Below, one piece after another: positions 8,399-17,543 of a DNA stretch of 64,000 nt (its first letter is position 1; every line of letters starts with the position of its first letter). Where the stretch lies: the sequence record SRR22947725_670, one strand, 5' to 3'. Below the pieces are notes generated by a model. The model ran no database searches. It had not been told where the DNA came from and was given only the letters and a program-made list of their open reading frames with translations. The translations under genes were made by a program, and so were the position numbers.

Positions 8399-11282
8399 CA
8401 TCCGAGGTTTCCTCCCCGAGCGTTGGCAACGCATCATCCCTGATGTCTGAGGTAGCCCGAACCCGTCGCTCCGTGGGAATCGCCAAAATGGCCACCATGG
8501 CAACGGCGATCAGGAAAAGTTGATTCCAAAGATTGAGAGAGGTGGTTTGGTCACTGGCTTCTGGCACGGTCACCTCTGGCGCCTGCCAGAGTTGCCCCTC
8601 TCCCACCGTGCTCGCACTCACAAGCCCTGGCTGGCGTGAGAGCGAAAGCGCGGCTTCTGAGTCGCTGGCATCTTGTAAGAAGACAAACCGAATCCCGTAT
8701 TCCTGAAGCAGCGGAAATGGTGTGGCAGAGCTTGGACGAATCAGCATCGCGGAGAGACGCGCAAGGTCTTCATCTGATTGAGAGAGGCCTTGGGATGGTG
8801 CGCGCACCAGAGTTGATGCACTCGACAGGCTGTCACCAGCACCTCGATGAAGCGAGACGCGATAACCCTCGCCCGCGGGTTCAATAACGAGTGTCCCTAC
8901 CTGGGGCATCAGGGCGGACTCTGCAGCGACAAATGCTGGAACGGTGCGCGCAGCCTGAGAGGGCACGACGGGAGACTGGTGTGTCCACACCTGCATTCCC
9001 ACCAGTACCGGCGCTACCAAGCTTGCGGCCACCACCACACCCACCGTGCCCCGCGCCCACCATTGGGCTCCCCCGGACAAGAAATTGCCCACGGCATCCT
9101 GAAACACGACTCGATCGAGCAGCGAGCCCGCCCCGATCAGAACACCCAGAACCAGCAGGGACACTCCGGTGCCAGGCCACACAAAAGCGGGCGCCCCCCC
9201 CTCATACCCGGAAAACAATGCTGGCGCGCTGGTTGCTGTCACGAGACCCAGGGAAAACAAACCTGCGAAACCGGCGCTGGCCCGAGGCTTACCCAAGGCG
9301 AGCGAAGCGATTGCTGTGACCAGGAGCACACCCATCCCCGCCATGATGGCAAGGGTTGCGAGCCCGGCGCCAAGTGCTCCCGCCGAGGGCAGAGTGCTGG
9401 GAATGCCCAACATCATCTGCCACCACGGTGCCACAGAATGGCTCGTTGGGACACCGGGATCGGCAAACAAAATGCCCCAGTTTTCCCACCATGCCCCGTT
9501 TCCTTGGCTCCACCAGAAGAAGAAACGCGGTGCTGCAAGCAACAGCGAGGGGATCAACACAAAAGGCAGAACCCCGGTGAACATGGCCAGCGGCTTACCC
9601 CAGCCTCGGACGATGACCAACCCGACCACCCCAAGGATGACAGCGGGGAATAGCACCGGTGCGCTGGCCGTGACCACAACTGCGGCTAAGGAGGCTGTCC
9701 CCACCCTTTGCCACGACTGGTGGGCGCTCAAGAGCGAACCGACTAACCAGGGAAGCGCGAGGTGAGCCATGACGGCACCGATTCGGCCCTCGGAAATGGC
9801 CACAAGAAAAGTGGGGCTTAGCGCCCACAGCAACGCCGAGACTGTCGTGACAAACGACTGGCGAAAGAGGTGGGAAAAACCCCACCAGGCGATGGTGCCT
9901 GCAAGAGGAATGGCAACACCGAAAAGATAGACAACGGAGGTGGAGGGAGCCCACCAGGTGAGAGAACCCAGCAGAGCAAACAGAAGAGCTGCGGGGTCAG
10001 CGGGAAGGGCAGAGGCATCAAATCCCCATTGGGTCGGAACCAGGGACCAGGCCTGGGCCCACGCGTCCTGGATTGTCGCGGCGAGCGGAAGCGCTCCACC
10101 ACCAATAAGCGCCGTGGAACCCCACCAGGGACCGAACACGGCGCCGGCAACCGCCACCAGCGCCAAGACCAGCCACGGCAGTTGTGGCAGAGCCCGTGGC
10201 GAGGGTTCAGCCCCCTCTTGTTCTTCCCGCTTTGCCCATTTCTCCTCCCGCGCAATGGCCCGCTTTTTCGCCACATCACGAGAGCCCATGCGCAGAGCGT
10301 CAATGGCCTCCCACGAGGTAGTGCGGGCGTCATTGAGCTTTTTCCGGGCACTCAGGACGGAAGGAAGCTGAACCAGGACAGCCAGTGCAGCTGACACTTC
10401 GGAGAACATCCGGTCGGGTCGCTTCGCTACCAATTGGCCCGCAGCGCGGATGACCGACCAGGGAAGCATCGCCAACAGAAGCGGAAGAGAGGCCCACAAC
10501 GGGGTGTAGACAAGCCTTCGATACAGCCAGGCTCGGAGGGATAGGTAATCATGTGTCGCACCGGGGAGTTTCTTTCCCGCGTTCCAGTCCGCAGAACTTG
10601 ATCCCACATCCACCACAGCTCGAGGGACAACGACAATGCGGTGTCCTTGCAGTCTCACCCGCACGCAGAGATCGAGGCCCGCATCGAGCCCTGGCAACGC
10701 CTCGTCAAAACCCCCCGTCGATCGCAGGGTGTCAGCATGTATCAACATTCCGGCTTCGCCCACCGCAAGTACATCGCTAAGGCGGTCATATTGCGCCTGA
10801 TCCAGTTCACGCTCGGCCAAAGCCACTCGTTGCCCCATCGGGGTCAACGTCTCCCCTAGTTCGCGCAGAAACCCGGGGCGATCAGAAAACCGCTGCTTAG
10901 GGCCCGCCACCCGGATAGAGGGAGCTCCATCGACACTCGCCGCAAGATAACCCAGAGCAGAAGGTCTGGCGACGATGTCATCCCGAAGTAGCCACAACCA
11001 ACGGTCAGATTCGATTGTCCCTTCGCCGGGGTGAAGGTGATCCAGTGCCCCCTGTATCGCGAGAGGAAAACTAGTCCTCGAAGGTAGAACGAGCGTTTCT
11101 ACCGGAAACGGGAGGCTCTCAAAGCCCTGAGAAAACTCTTCGGCCACAGACCGATCCCCGGTGAGATCAGCGACGAGCAGGCTTTGGGGCGCAAGGGTTT
11201 GTTCCCTTAAGCCTTCCAGCGCCTGAGAAAGGTGTTCGCCACCTCTGCGAACAACCAGAACCGCATCGATGCGAGAGCGCAT
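8391..11282 (-). CDS. GT2-like glycosyltransferase fused to a large multi-TM domain
   Basis: WLWLLRDD, VAGPKQ and GGFDEAL..LDLCVRVRLQGHRI motifs, followed by many hydrophobic segments; adjacent to whiB. Confidence 0.85.
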   Translation of the reverse strand: MRSRIDAVLVVRRGGEHLSQALEGLREQTLAPQSLLVADLTGDRSVAEEFSQGFESLPFPVETLVLPSRTSFPLAIQGALDHLHPGEGTIESDRWLWLLRDDIVARPSALGYLAASVDGAPSIRVAGPKQRFSDRPGFLRELGETLTPMGQRVALAERELDQAQYDRLSDVLAVGEAGMLIHADTLRSTGGFDEALPGLDAGLDLCVRVRLQGHRIVVVPRAVVDVGSSSADWNAGKKLPGATHDYLSLRAWLYRRLVYTPLWASLPLLLAMLPWSVIRAAGQLVAKRPDRMFSEVSAALAVLVQLPSVLSARKKLNDARTTSWEAIDALRMGSRDVAKKRAIAREEKWAKREEQEGAEPSPRALPQLPWLVLALVAVAGAVFGPWWGSTALIGGGALPLAATIQDAWAQAWSLVPTQWGFDASALPADPAALLFALLGSLTWWAPSTSVVYLFGVAIPLAGTIAWWGFSHLFRQSFVTTVSALLWALSPTFLVAISEGRIGAVMAHLALPWLVGSLLSAHQSWQRVGTASLAAVVVTASAPVLFPAVILGVVGLVIVRGWGKPLAMFTGVLPFVLIPSLLLAAPRFFFWWSQGNGAWWENWGILFADPGVPTSHSVAPWWQMMLGIPSTLPSAGALGAGLATLAIMAGMGVLLVTAIASLALGKPRASAGFAGLFSLGLVTATSAPALFSGYEGGAPAFVWPGTGVSLLVLGVLIGAGSLLDRVVFQDAVGNFLSGGAQWWARGTVGVVVAASLVAPVLVGMQVWTHQSPVVPSQAARTVPAFVAAESALMPQVGTLVIEPAGEGYRVSLHRGAGDSLSSASTLVRAPSQGLSQSDEDLARLSAMLIRPSSATPFPLLQEYGIRFVFLQDASDSEAALSLSRQPGLVSASTVGEGQLWQAPEVTVPEASDQTTSLNLWNQLFLIAVAMVAILAIPTERRVRATSDIRDDALPTLGEETSDDV

Positions 11283-11291
11283 CAGAACCGG

Positions 11292-11603
11292 CTAGGCGCG
11301 TCTGCGCAGACGGCGCCGCTCACGCTCGGAGAGGCCACCCCAAATGCCAAAGCGCTCGTCGTTGGAGAGAGCGTATTCCAGACATTCGGCTTTCACCTCG
11401 CACTGGCCGCAAATCTTCTTGGCATCCCTGGTGGAGCCGCCTTTTTCAGGGAAAAACGCTTCAGGGTCCGTTTGGGCACACAGCGCATCGGCTTGCCAGG
11501 AAAGGGCGCCCTCTTCGTCTTCAACGCGTCGCGCACCGGGAACGCCCAGAGCGACGGGGTCAACGAACCAGTTATCGGGAACGGAATTCCGATACTCGCT
11601 CAC
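11292..11603 (-). CDS. whiB: WhiB (WhiB2/WhmD-type) Fe-S transcription factor
   Basis: WQADALCAQTDPEAFFPEKGGSTRDAKKICGQC..CLEYAL..FGIWGGLSERERR. GTG at 11603 has an AAAGGAG SD. Confidence 0.96.
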   Translation of the reverse strand: MSEYRNSVPDNWFVDPVALGVPGARRVEDEEGALSWQADALCAQTDPEAFFPEKGGSTRDAKKICGQCEVKAECLEYALSNDERFGIWGGLSERERRRLRRRA

Positions 11604-11646
11604 TAGGGCTCCTTTACCGCCGTCAACCGGCCTGCGACATGTGGTT

Positions 11647-11695
11647 GACACCAATTACACCGCTGTAATTCGCTCCCGTCAAGTCCGGGCGTGTC
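11647..11695 (-). promoter_or_regulatory. whiB promoter: TTGACG-17 nt-TGTAAT, with GACAC motifs and an AATTACA-N4-TGTAATT palindrome
   Basis: -35 at 11682-11677 and -10 at 11659-11654. GACAC at 11695-11691 (minus) and 11647-11651 (plus). Palindrome at 11653-11670. Confidence 0.65.
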
Positions 11696-11733
11696 GAACA
11701 CTCAGGTGAGCGTTTAGGTTGACGGGTCTCGCG

Positions 11734-12795
11734 CTAGAAAAGGGGGCCCAAAGCGTCAGCAAGAATCTGAGAGGACCTCACCCAACCGGCCCTTAACTCG
11801 ACGAGTCTCTGTGCCCGCGAGGTGATTGCTAATACTTCCTCTGGCGGGGAAGATAAGAATTTTTCAAGAGCGATAACCAGGCCGGCGGAATCCCCCACGG
11901 GGAAAGACCATCCGGTAATTCCTTCGCTGATCCATTCCGCGGACCCAGGGGTTAGCGAGCACACGACGGGGATTCCCTGCGACATTGCCTCCATGATGGT
12001 GACGGAGGTTCCATCAGTTTTAGGGGTGACCACAACAGCATCTGCGGCCTGTAAGAGGGAGGAGAAATCATCGGGACTTTGCAGCGGAACCCAGCGGACA
12101 AAATCGTCGATTCCCCGGCGTGTGATGGCCTCTTTGACCTGAGACACCCCAGAACCGGACTCCACTAAGACAGCGACCACCTGAGGGTGGGAAGAAACAA
12201 CCTCGGCAAGCGCCTCCACGAAAACCATAGGGTCATAGTGTGGCTCGAGCGACCGGGGATAGAGCACAAGGGTCTGCTCCTGCCCCACACCCACTTCCGC
12301 CCGAAGCCTGGAAGCAGTCTTCGGTGGGATATCTGAGCGGGGATTCTCTGGTCCCCAGGGGACACGGATAATCGCCGATTCCCTCATTCCCAGGGCAATC
12401 AGGGCATTCTCCGTGGCGTAATTGTCGGTAACGACAGCTTGCATCCCCTCGAGTGCTTCCGAAAGACTCGCTCTCAAAGAGGAAGAACCCGCTGCACTGA
12501 CCATGACATCGGTTGCCCACGAAATCCCCACATGGGAATAGTCCCCGCCTGAAAGGGGGATGCTGACGCTATCTAGTGGGCCAGAAATTACTACGTCTGC
12601 GCCTTCGAGGTAGTCCCGAACTTCACTCCACTCAGAAAAAGTCTTTCCGGAATCACGAACGCTGATTTCGCCCGCATCATCCAAGGCGAGAGAAAGAAGT
12701 TCATAAGAATCGCTGAGTCCAGAAAATAAGCGGTCAAACCTGGCGACATGAGAATCCGCCCTGTCGGTGACAAACACCCATCTCTTTGCTGACAC
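11734..12795 (-). CDS. GT4-like (GT-B) glycosyltransferase
   Basis: LLQAADAVVVTPKTDGTSVTIMEAMSQGIPVV; last gene of the nonulosonate operon. Confidence 0.85.
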   Translation of the reverse strand: MSAKRWVFVTDRADSHVARFDRLFSGLSDSYELLSLALDDAGEISVRDSGKTFSEWSEVRDYLEGADVVISGPLDSVSIPLSGGDYSHVGISWATDVMVSAAGSSSLRASLSEALEGMQAVVTDNYATENALIALGMRESAIIRVPWGPENPRSDIPPKTASRLRAEVGVGQEQTLVLYPRSLEPHYDPMVFVEALAEVVSSHPQVVAVLVESGSGVSQVKEAITRRGIDDFVRWVPLQSPDDFSSLLQAADAVVVTPKTDGTSVTIMEAMSQGIPVVCSLTPGSAEWISEGITGWSFPVGDSAGLVIALEKFLSSPPEEVLAITSRAQRLVELRAGWVRSSQILADALGPLF

Positions 12796-12797
12796 GG

Positions 12798-13862
12798 TCA
12801 GGACAGGTGCTCTCGGGTGACCATCTCATGGAACTCGACATCTTTGATCAAAGTTTTCCCCACCACGTCCTCAAGGTGGTCAGGAGTGATGATTCCTGGC
12901 GTTGCTGGCCGCAAGGCCACCAGATGCTCTGCAGCAATAGGGGTGCCTGCCTTCAATGGGCCTGCGAAACGGAGGCCACGTCGCTGGATGACGACCGTTT
13001 CCTTTTCATTCTCCGCCACAACTTTTAGGCCGCTTCCCAGTGCTGCCTCCAATTCGCGTGTGCGCTCGACCATCTCGCGCCAGCTCACTGGGGTCATCGA
13101 AAAGTGATGGTCGGGGCCCTCTTGGTTGATGTCGTTGGTGAAGTGCTTCTCCACCACCCGGGCCCCCAAAGCAACGGCTCCCAACACGGTCACATCGCCG
13201 TGGGTGTGATCCGAGAGACCCAACAGGGCATCCGGGTATCGTTCGCGATAGGTGTTCAACACGTTGAGATGGATGTGGTTCATGTTGTCCGAAACACCCG
13301 TGTAATTGGTGTTGCACTGCATGACGGAATACGCAACCCCGTGGCGGGCAATAGTCGCCACCGCATTATCAACTTCTTCCAGTGTTGCCGCCCCGGTAGC
13401 GAGGATCACGGGTTTCCCCTTCGAAGCAATATGGTCAACTGCTTCGAGCCAGGTGATATCGCCCGAGCCGATTTTGTAGGCGGGAACAAACTCATCGACG
13501 AAGTCAATCGCTTCGATGTCATAGGGGCTCGTGAAGAAATCGATACCGATTGCCTTCGCGTGATCGGCGAGGGGTTTGGTCCATTCCCACGGAAGAGACG
13601 CGTCTTGATACACCTCGTAGACACTTTTGCTCCAGCTGGATTGGTGGGACTGCTGACCGCCGAGTTCCCGAAACCCTTTGTCGCTGACGATATGGTCGGC
13701 TCGAAAATGCTGGAACTTTGCCGCATCAGCACCGGCAGTTGCCGCCAGCGTCATCAACTCGAGCGCGCGATCCAAGTTCCCATCGTGATTAGCGGCAATA
13801 TCCGCGATGAAATACGTGGGGTGTTCTGCTCCCAAAGTTTTTGAGCCTATTTTCATAACCAC
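12798..13862 (-). CDS. NeuB/PseI-family nonulosonate synthase with C-terminal SAF/AFP-like domain
   Basis: IADIAANHDG, KFQ, YKIGSGD, GLSDHT and EKHFT motifs. Start is GTG 13862 or ATG 13856. Confidence 0.92.
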   Translation of the reverse strand: MVMKIGSKTLGAEHPTYFIADIAANHDGNLDRALELMTLAATAGADAAKFQHFRADHIVSDKGFRELGGQQSHQSSWSKSVYEVYQDASLPWEWTKPLADHAKAIGIDFFTSPYDIEAIDFVDEFVPAYKIGSGDITWLEAVDHIASKGKPVILATGAATLEEVDNAVATIARHGVAYSVMQCNTNYTGVSDNMNHIHLNVLNTYRERYPDALLGLSDHTHGDVTVLGAVALGARVVEKHFTNDINQEGPDHHFSMTPVSWREMVERTRELEAALGSGLKVVAENEKETVVIQRRGLRFAGPLKAGTPIAAEHLVALRPATPGIITPDHLEDVVGKTLIKDVEFHEMVTREHLS

Positions 13863-14777
13863 CTATTTCTGTTCCGTGCCCATGCCACCAAAGTAATCCA
13901 TGACTGCTTTTCGCTCCGCGAGTGCTCGGGCGATTCCCTGGATAGTGGAAGGAATGGGATGACCGAGTAATTCGTGCAATGTTGTTACCGACAATCCCAG
14001 GTTATGCCCCCGGTTGCCGAGCATCGTCTGGTCCGCCAGTAAGCCCTGGTGGACAAGCGACACATCGCCTCGAAGCGCCTGTGCAACAGCAACCCCGAAG
14101 TCATATTTGGGCAGTGGCGTGCTGGAGGAGAGATGGAAAAGGCCGGCAGCTTCTTTCCTCACCGCTTCGACAAGAAGCTCGAAAAGGTCCCCCATATACA
14201 GACTCGACACGATGTAGTCGCTAAACCCCGTCATCGCCGTGCCTGTTTCTATTCCTCTCGCAAAGAAATCGAGAATGCCCCTTTCGCCGCTCTGTGACCA
14301 GCCAAAGAAGTTCGTCCGAAACACCAGGGCTTGCGAATTGGCGGCGAGAACAGCCTGCTCACCTTGAAGTTTGGTGTGCCCGTACACGCTGGGAGGCAAA
14401 GCAACATCGCCCTCCCCATAGGGCTCATTGCTTTTCCCATCAAACACCGCATCGGTGGAAAAGTGAACAAATCGGGCTGAACTTTCCCCCGCAACCGCTG
14501 CCCAGAGCGCTGGGAGCTCCATATTGAGCAGGCGCGCTTCGTCAGGTTTTTCTTCACACGCTTCATGGTTCGCCAGAGCAGCACAGTTGATGATGACATC
14601 CCAGTTACCCCCTCGAATGAGCGCAGGAACATCGTCTAGCCCTTCGATGGGTGCCACCGATGGATAAAACTCAAGGGGCTTGCGAGAAACACCTGTCACC
14701 GCCCATCCCGCGGCATCGAGGGCAAAACCGGCATAGGAACCAAGAAAGCCTGAGGCGCCTAAGACAAGCGCTTTCAC
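13863..14777 (-). CDS. RmlD-like extended SDR (NDP-4-keto-6-deoxyhexose reductase)
   Basis: GASGFLG, FSTDAVFDG, YGHTK (YxxxK) and RTNFFG motifs. Confidence 0.85.
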   Translation of the reverse strand: MKALVLGASGFLGSYAGFALDAAGWAVTGVSRKPLEFYPSVAPIEGLDDVPALIRGGNWDVIINCAALANHEACEEKPDEARLLNMELPALWAAVAGESSARFVHFSTDAVFDGKSNEPYGEGDVALPPSVYGHTKLQGEQAVLAANSQALVFRTNFFGWSQSGERGILDFFARGIETGTAMTGFSDYIVSSLYMGDLFELLVEAVRKEAAGLFHLSSSTPLPKYDFGVAVAQALRGDVSLVHQGLLADQTMLGNRGHNLGLSVTTLHELLGHPIPSTIQGIARALAERKAVMDYFGGMGTEQK

Positions 14778-15469
14778 GAGGTGTTCAGAACGAATGCTCG
14801 ATGGAGTGCTTCTGCCACAGCCCAGTCCTCTGGTTCATCCATGTCAACACTCGCCCAGTCCGGCAGAATCATCGGAATAAAGGGCTTCGCCATCATCGTC
14901 TCGCGCTCCCGCCAAATCTTTGCCGTGGCAACGTAGAACTTCCCGGCGTCAAAGAACCTTTGGGGAAGATCCTGGGTCCTGGAGAACAGCGCGGAGAGAT
15001 TTTCCAGAGTCATCTTTCCTCCCTCCGCCATAACGAGCGAGCGCTCGTGGGGCGAGCGATGACGCCCCACGCTAATCACCATGTCATCGGGATGCTTGCG
15101 AGCAAGAGAAATTGCTTGATCAATCATGGAGCTTGTGATCGGAGCCGTGGGATACAGACACATCACGAGTTGTTCATCTGACACCTTCTGCTCCGCGAGT
15201 GCATGCAGAATGACCGGAGCAGTGCCCGCTGTGTCATTGGCGAGCTCGGTCGGCCGAACAAAGGGAACTTCAGCCCCACAATCGCTGCCCACCCGAGCAA
15301 TTTCGCCTGAGTCAGTGGACACCATCACTGCATCAACACACTCTGCCTGCAGTGCTGCACGAATGGGCCACTGAATCATGGGTGCGCCATTGAAGGGCAG
15401 AAGGTTCTTGCCGGGAATCCGAGTACTACCACCCCTGGCGGGAATCACTACCTGCACGCCGGCATTCAT
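14774..15469 (-). CDS. pseF: CMP-nonulosonate synthetase (PseF/NeuA family)
   Basis: IPARGGSTRIPGKN, VSTDS, RTQDL..FFDAGKFY and VDMDEPED motifs. Start taken at ATG 15469. Confidence 0.9.
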   Translation of the reverse strand: MNAGVQVVIPARGGSTRIPGKNLLPFNGAPMIQWPIRAALQAECVDAVMVSTDSGEIARVGSDCGAEVPFVRPTELANDTAGTAPVILHALAEQKVSDEQLVMCLYPTAPITSSMIDQAISLARKHPDDMVISVGRHRSPHERSLVMAEGGKMTLENLSALFSRTQDLPQRFFDAGKFYVATAKIWRERETMMAKPFIPMILPDWASVDMDEPEDWAVAEALHRAFVLNTS

Positions 15470-15476
15470 GACTGTC

Positions 15477-16502
15477 CTAGTGGGTGGCTGATGGAGCCCG
15501 ATTGGCGGACTCATCACCGAAGTGAGAACCAAGCCAGCCTTGCAGTTCAGGCACCGTCATCCACTGGGAGTTTGCGTCGCTGGTGTAAAGGAAATCCTCC
15601 GGCACCCGTGTCCCGCCCTTCACCATGTCGGTTCCCGGAGACCAGGTGTTGATTGTCGGAAGTATCTTGAAAAAGTCTCCGTATTCGTAAGTATTGGGAG
15701 CATCTTCAGCGCCAATCATCTGTTCGTGCAGCTTTTCGCCCGGACGAATACCTACCACTGTGGTGGGTTTCCCTGGCGCCACCGCCTCAGCGATGTCGGT
15801 GATGGTCATCGAAGGAATTTTACGAACATAGATTTCCCCACCCACCATGTCTTCAAAGGCTTCCCATACCAATTCGACACCCTGCTCGAGCGTAATCATG
15901 AACCGAGTCATTCGATCATCCGTAATGGGAAGCGGGGAATCTTTGCTCGCGGCATCTCGGAAGAAAGGCAATACTGAGCCCCTGGACCCCATCACGTTGC
16001 CATACCGGACGACCGAAAAACGGGTATCTTTCGAGCCAGCGTATGCATTGCCCGCAACGAAAAGCTTGTCTGAAGCGAGCTTTGTTGCGCCATAGAGATT
16101 GATGGGGCTGCTCGCCTTGTCCGTAGAAAGAGCGACAACTTTCTTCACCCCTTTATCGATGCAGGCATCGATAAGGTTCATAGCGCCAAGAATGTTGGTC
16201 TTGACCGCCTCAAAAGGGTTGTATTCGGCGGTTGGAACAATTTTGGTTGCAGCGGCGTGAACGACATAGTCAACGCCATCCACAGCCCGATAAAGACGGT
16301 CCCGGTCACGAACATCGCCAATGAAAAACCGAACCCGCTTATCGCCCTCAAAAAGCTTTGCCATTTCCCACTGCTTCATCTCGTCGCGCGAGTAAACAAT
16401 GATGCGTTCGGGGTCGTATTTCTCTAGTGCCATCGGCACGAAGGCGTGGCCGAAGGAGCCAGTCCCTCCTGTGACAAGGATGGTGGAATTCTTCAATGCC
16501 AT
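15477..16502 (-). CDS. pseB: UDP-GlcNAc 4,6-dehydratase (inverting), PseB/FlaA1 type
   Basis: TGGTGSFG, SRDEMKQ, HAAATKIVPTAEYNPFE, LSTDKA, YGATK, RYGNVMGSRGSV and GIRPGEKLHE motifs. Confidence 0.92.
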   Translation of the reverse strand: MALKNSTILVTGGTGSFGHAFVPMALEKYDPERIIVYSRDEMKQWEMAKLFEGDKRVRFFIGDVRDRDRLYRAVDGVDYVVHAAATKIVPTAEYNPFEAVKTNILGAMNLIDACIDKGVKKVVALSTDKASSPINLYGATKLASDKLFVAGNAYAGSKDTRFSVVRYGNVMGSRGSVLPFFRDAASKDSPLPITDDRMTRFMITLEQGVELVWEAFEDMVGGEIYVRKIPSMTITDIAEAVAPGKPTTVVGIRPGEKLHEQMIGAEDAPNTYEYGDFFKILPTINTWSPGTDMVKGGTRVPEDFLYTSDANSQWMTVPELQGWLGSHFGDESANRAPSATH

Positions 16503-16555
16503 GGCAACGCTCTCCCGGGTTCTCGAGTGCTTACTACCCTACCGAGGGCGGCGAG

Positions 16556-17524
16556 CTAAAGGACGGCGAGTGTCTTCCTTGCTTCCCAAGCTGACGCGAT
16601 CATTTCTTCGAGGGAATGAGTCATGGCCCACCCCAAATCGCGGGTAGCAAGGTCTCCCGAAGCAACAACGCGTGCGGGATCTCCGGCTCTTCGGGCCCCT
16701 GGGGTGGGAATGAAATCATTCCCCGTTACCGAAGCAATCGTCGACATCATGTCTGCGACTGATGTTCCCGTGCCACTGCCCAGGTTATAGGCGGGCTCAA
16801 TTGCTTTGCCCGCGGTCATCCTCTGGGCTGCTGCGACGTGAGCATGAGCGAGGTCCGCAACATGAATGTAGTCCCTGATGCAAGTCCCATCGGGAGTGTC
16901 GTAGTCCCTACCAAAAATTACCGGAGCCTCACCGCGTTCCAGTCCGGCAAACACCATCGAAAACAGGTTGTAAGGGCTGACATCGGGGAGGGAGGGGCTA
17001 GCCGACCCCACCACGTTGAAGTAGCGAAGGCTTGTATGGATGATCCCCTTGGCTACCGCTTGGTTTCGCAGCAACCATTCACCAATCACTTTCGATTCGC
17101 CATAGGGCGATGTTGGGTTGAAAGGGTGGTCCTCTTTTACCACGCCGGAGGCAGCGTTTCCATAGACCGACGAGGACGAAGAGAACACGATGTTTCTCAC
17201 GCTCGTTCGGTCCATCGCTTCCAACAAGGACATCATGGCGACAACGTTTTGCTCGTAGGTGTGGAGCGGTTTCTCGACAGAAATGCCTGCGAACTTAAAC
17301 CCGGCGATGTGGATGACACCCTCAACCGTGTGACCGCGGAGAGCCCCCTCGACTAAACCCGTATTCAGAAGGGTGCCCTCGACAACAGGCACACCATTGG
17401 GGACAAATGCTCGGACACCGGTCGAAAAATCATCGAAGACGACAACGGACTGTCCTGCTTTAACGAGCGCCTCAACAACATGCGAACCGATATATCCGGC
17501 GCCGCCGGTCACTAACCATGTCAT
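16556..17524 (-). CDS. galE: UDP-glucose 4-epimerase
   Basis: GGAGYIGSH, SPYGESK, LRYFN and DGTCIRDYIHV motifs. Confidence 0.93.
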   Translation of the reverse strand: MTWLVTGGAGYIGSHVVEALVKAGQSVVVFDDFSTGVRAFVPNGVPVVEGTLLNTGLVEGALRGHTVEGVIHIAGFKFAGISVEKPLHTYEQNVVAMMSLLEAMDRTSVRNIVFSSSSSVYGNAASGVVKEDHPFNPTSPYGESKVIGEWLLRNQAVAKGIIHTSLRYFNVVGSASPSLPDVSPYNLFSMVFAGLERGEAPVIFGRDYDTPDGTCIRDYIHVADLAHAHVAAAQRMTAGKAIEPAYNLGSGTGTSVADMMSTIASVTGNDFIPTPGARRAGDPARVVASGDLATRDLGWAMTHSLEEMIASAWEARKTLAVL

Positions 17525-17543
17525 CTCTCGAGGGTAGCCGTTT

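Noticed and set aside
13863-14777. Calling this gene rmlD
   Set aside because: A canonical rmlD lies next to rmlB at 36118; this copy is embedded in the nonulosonate operon.
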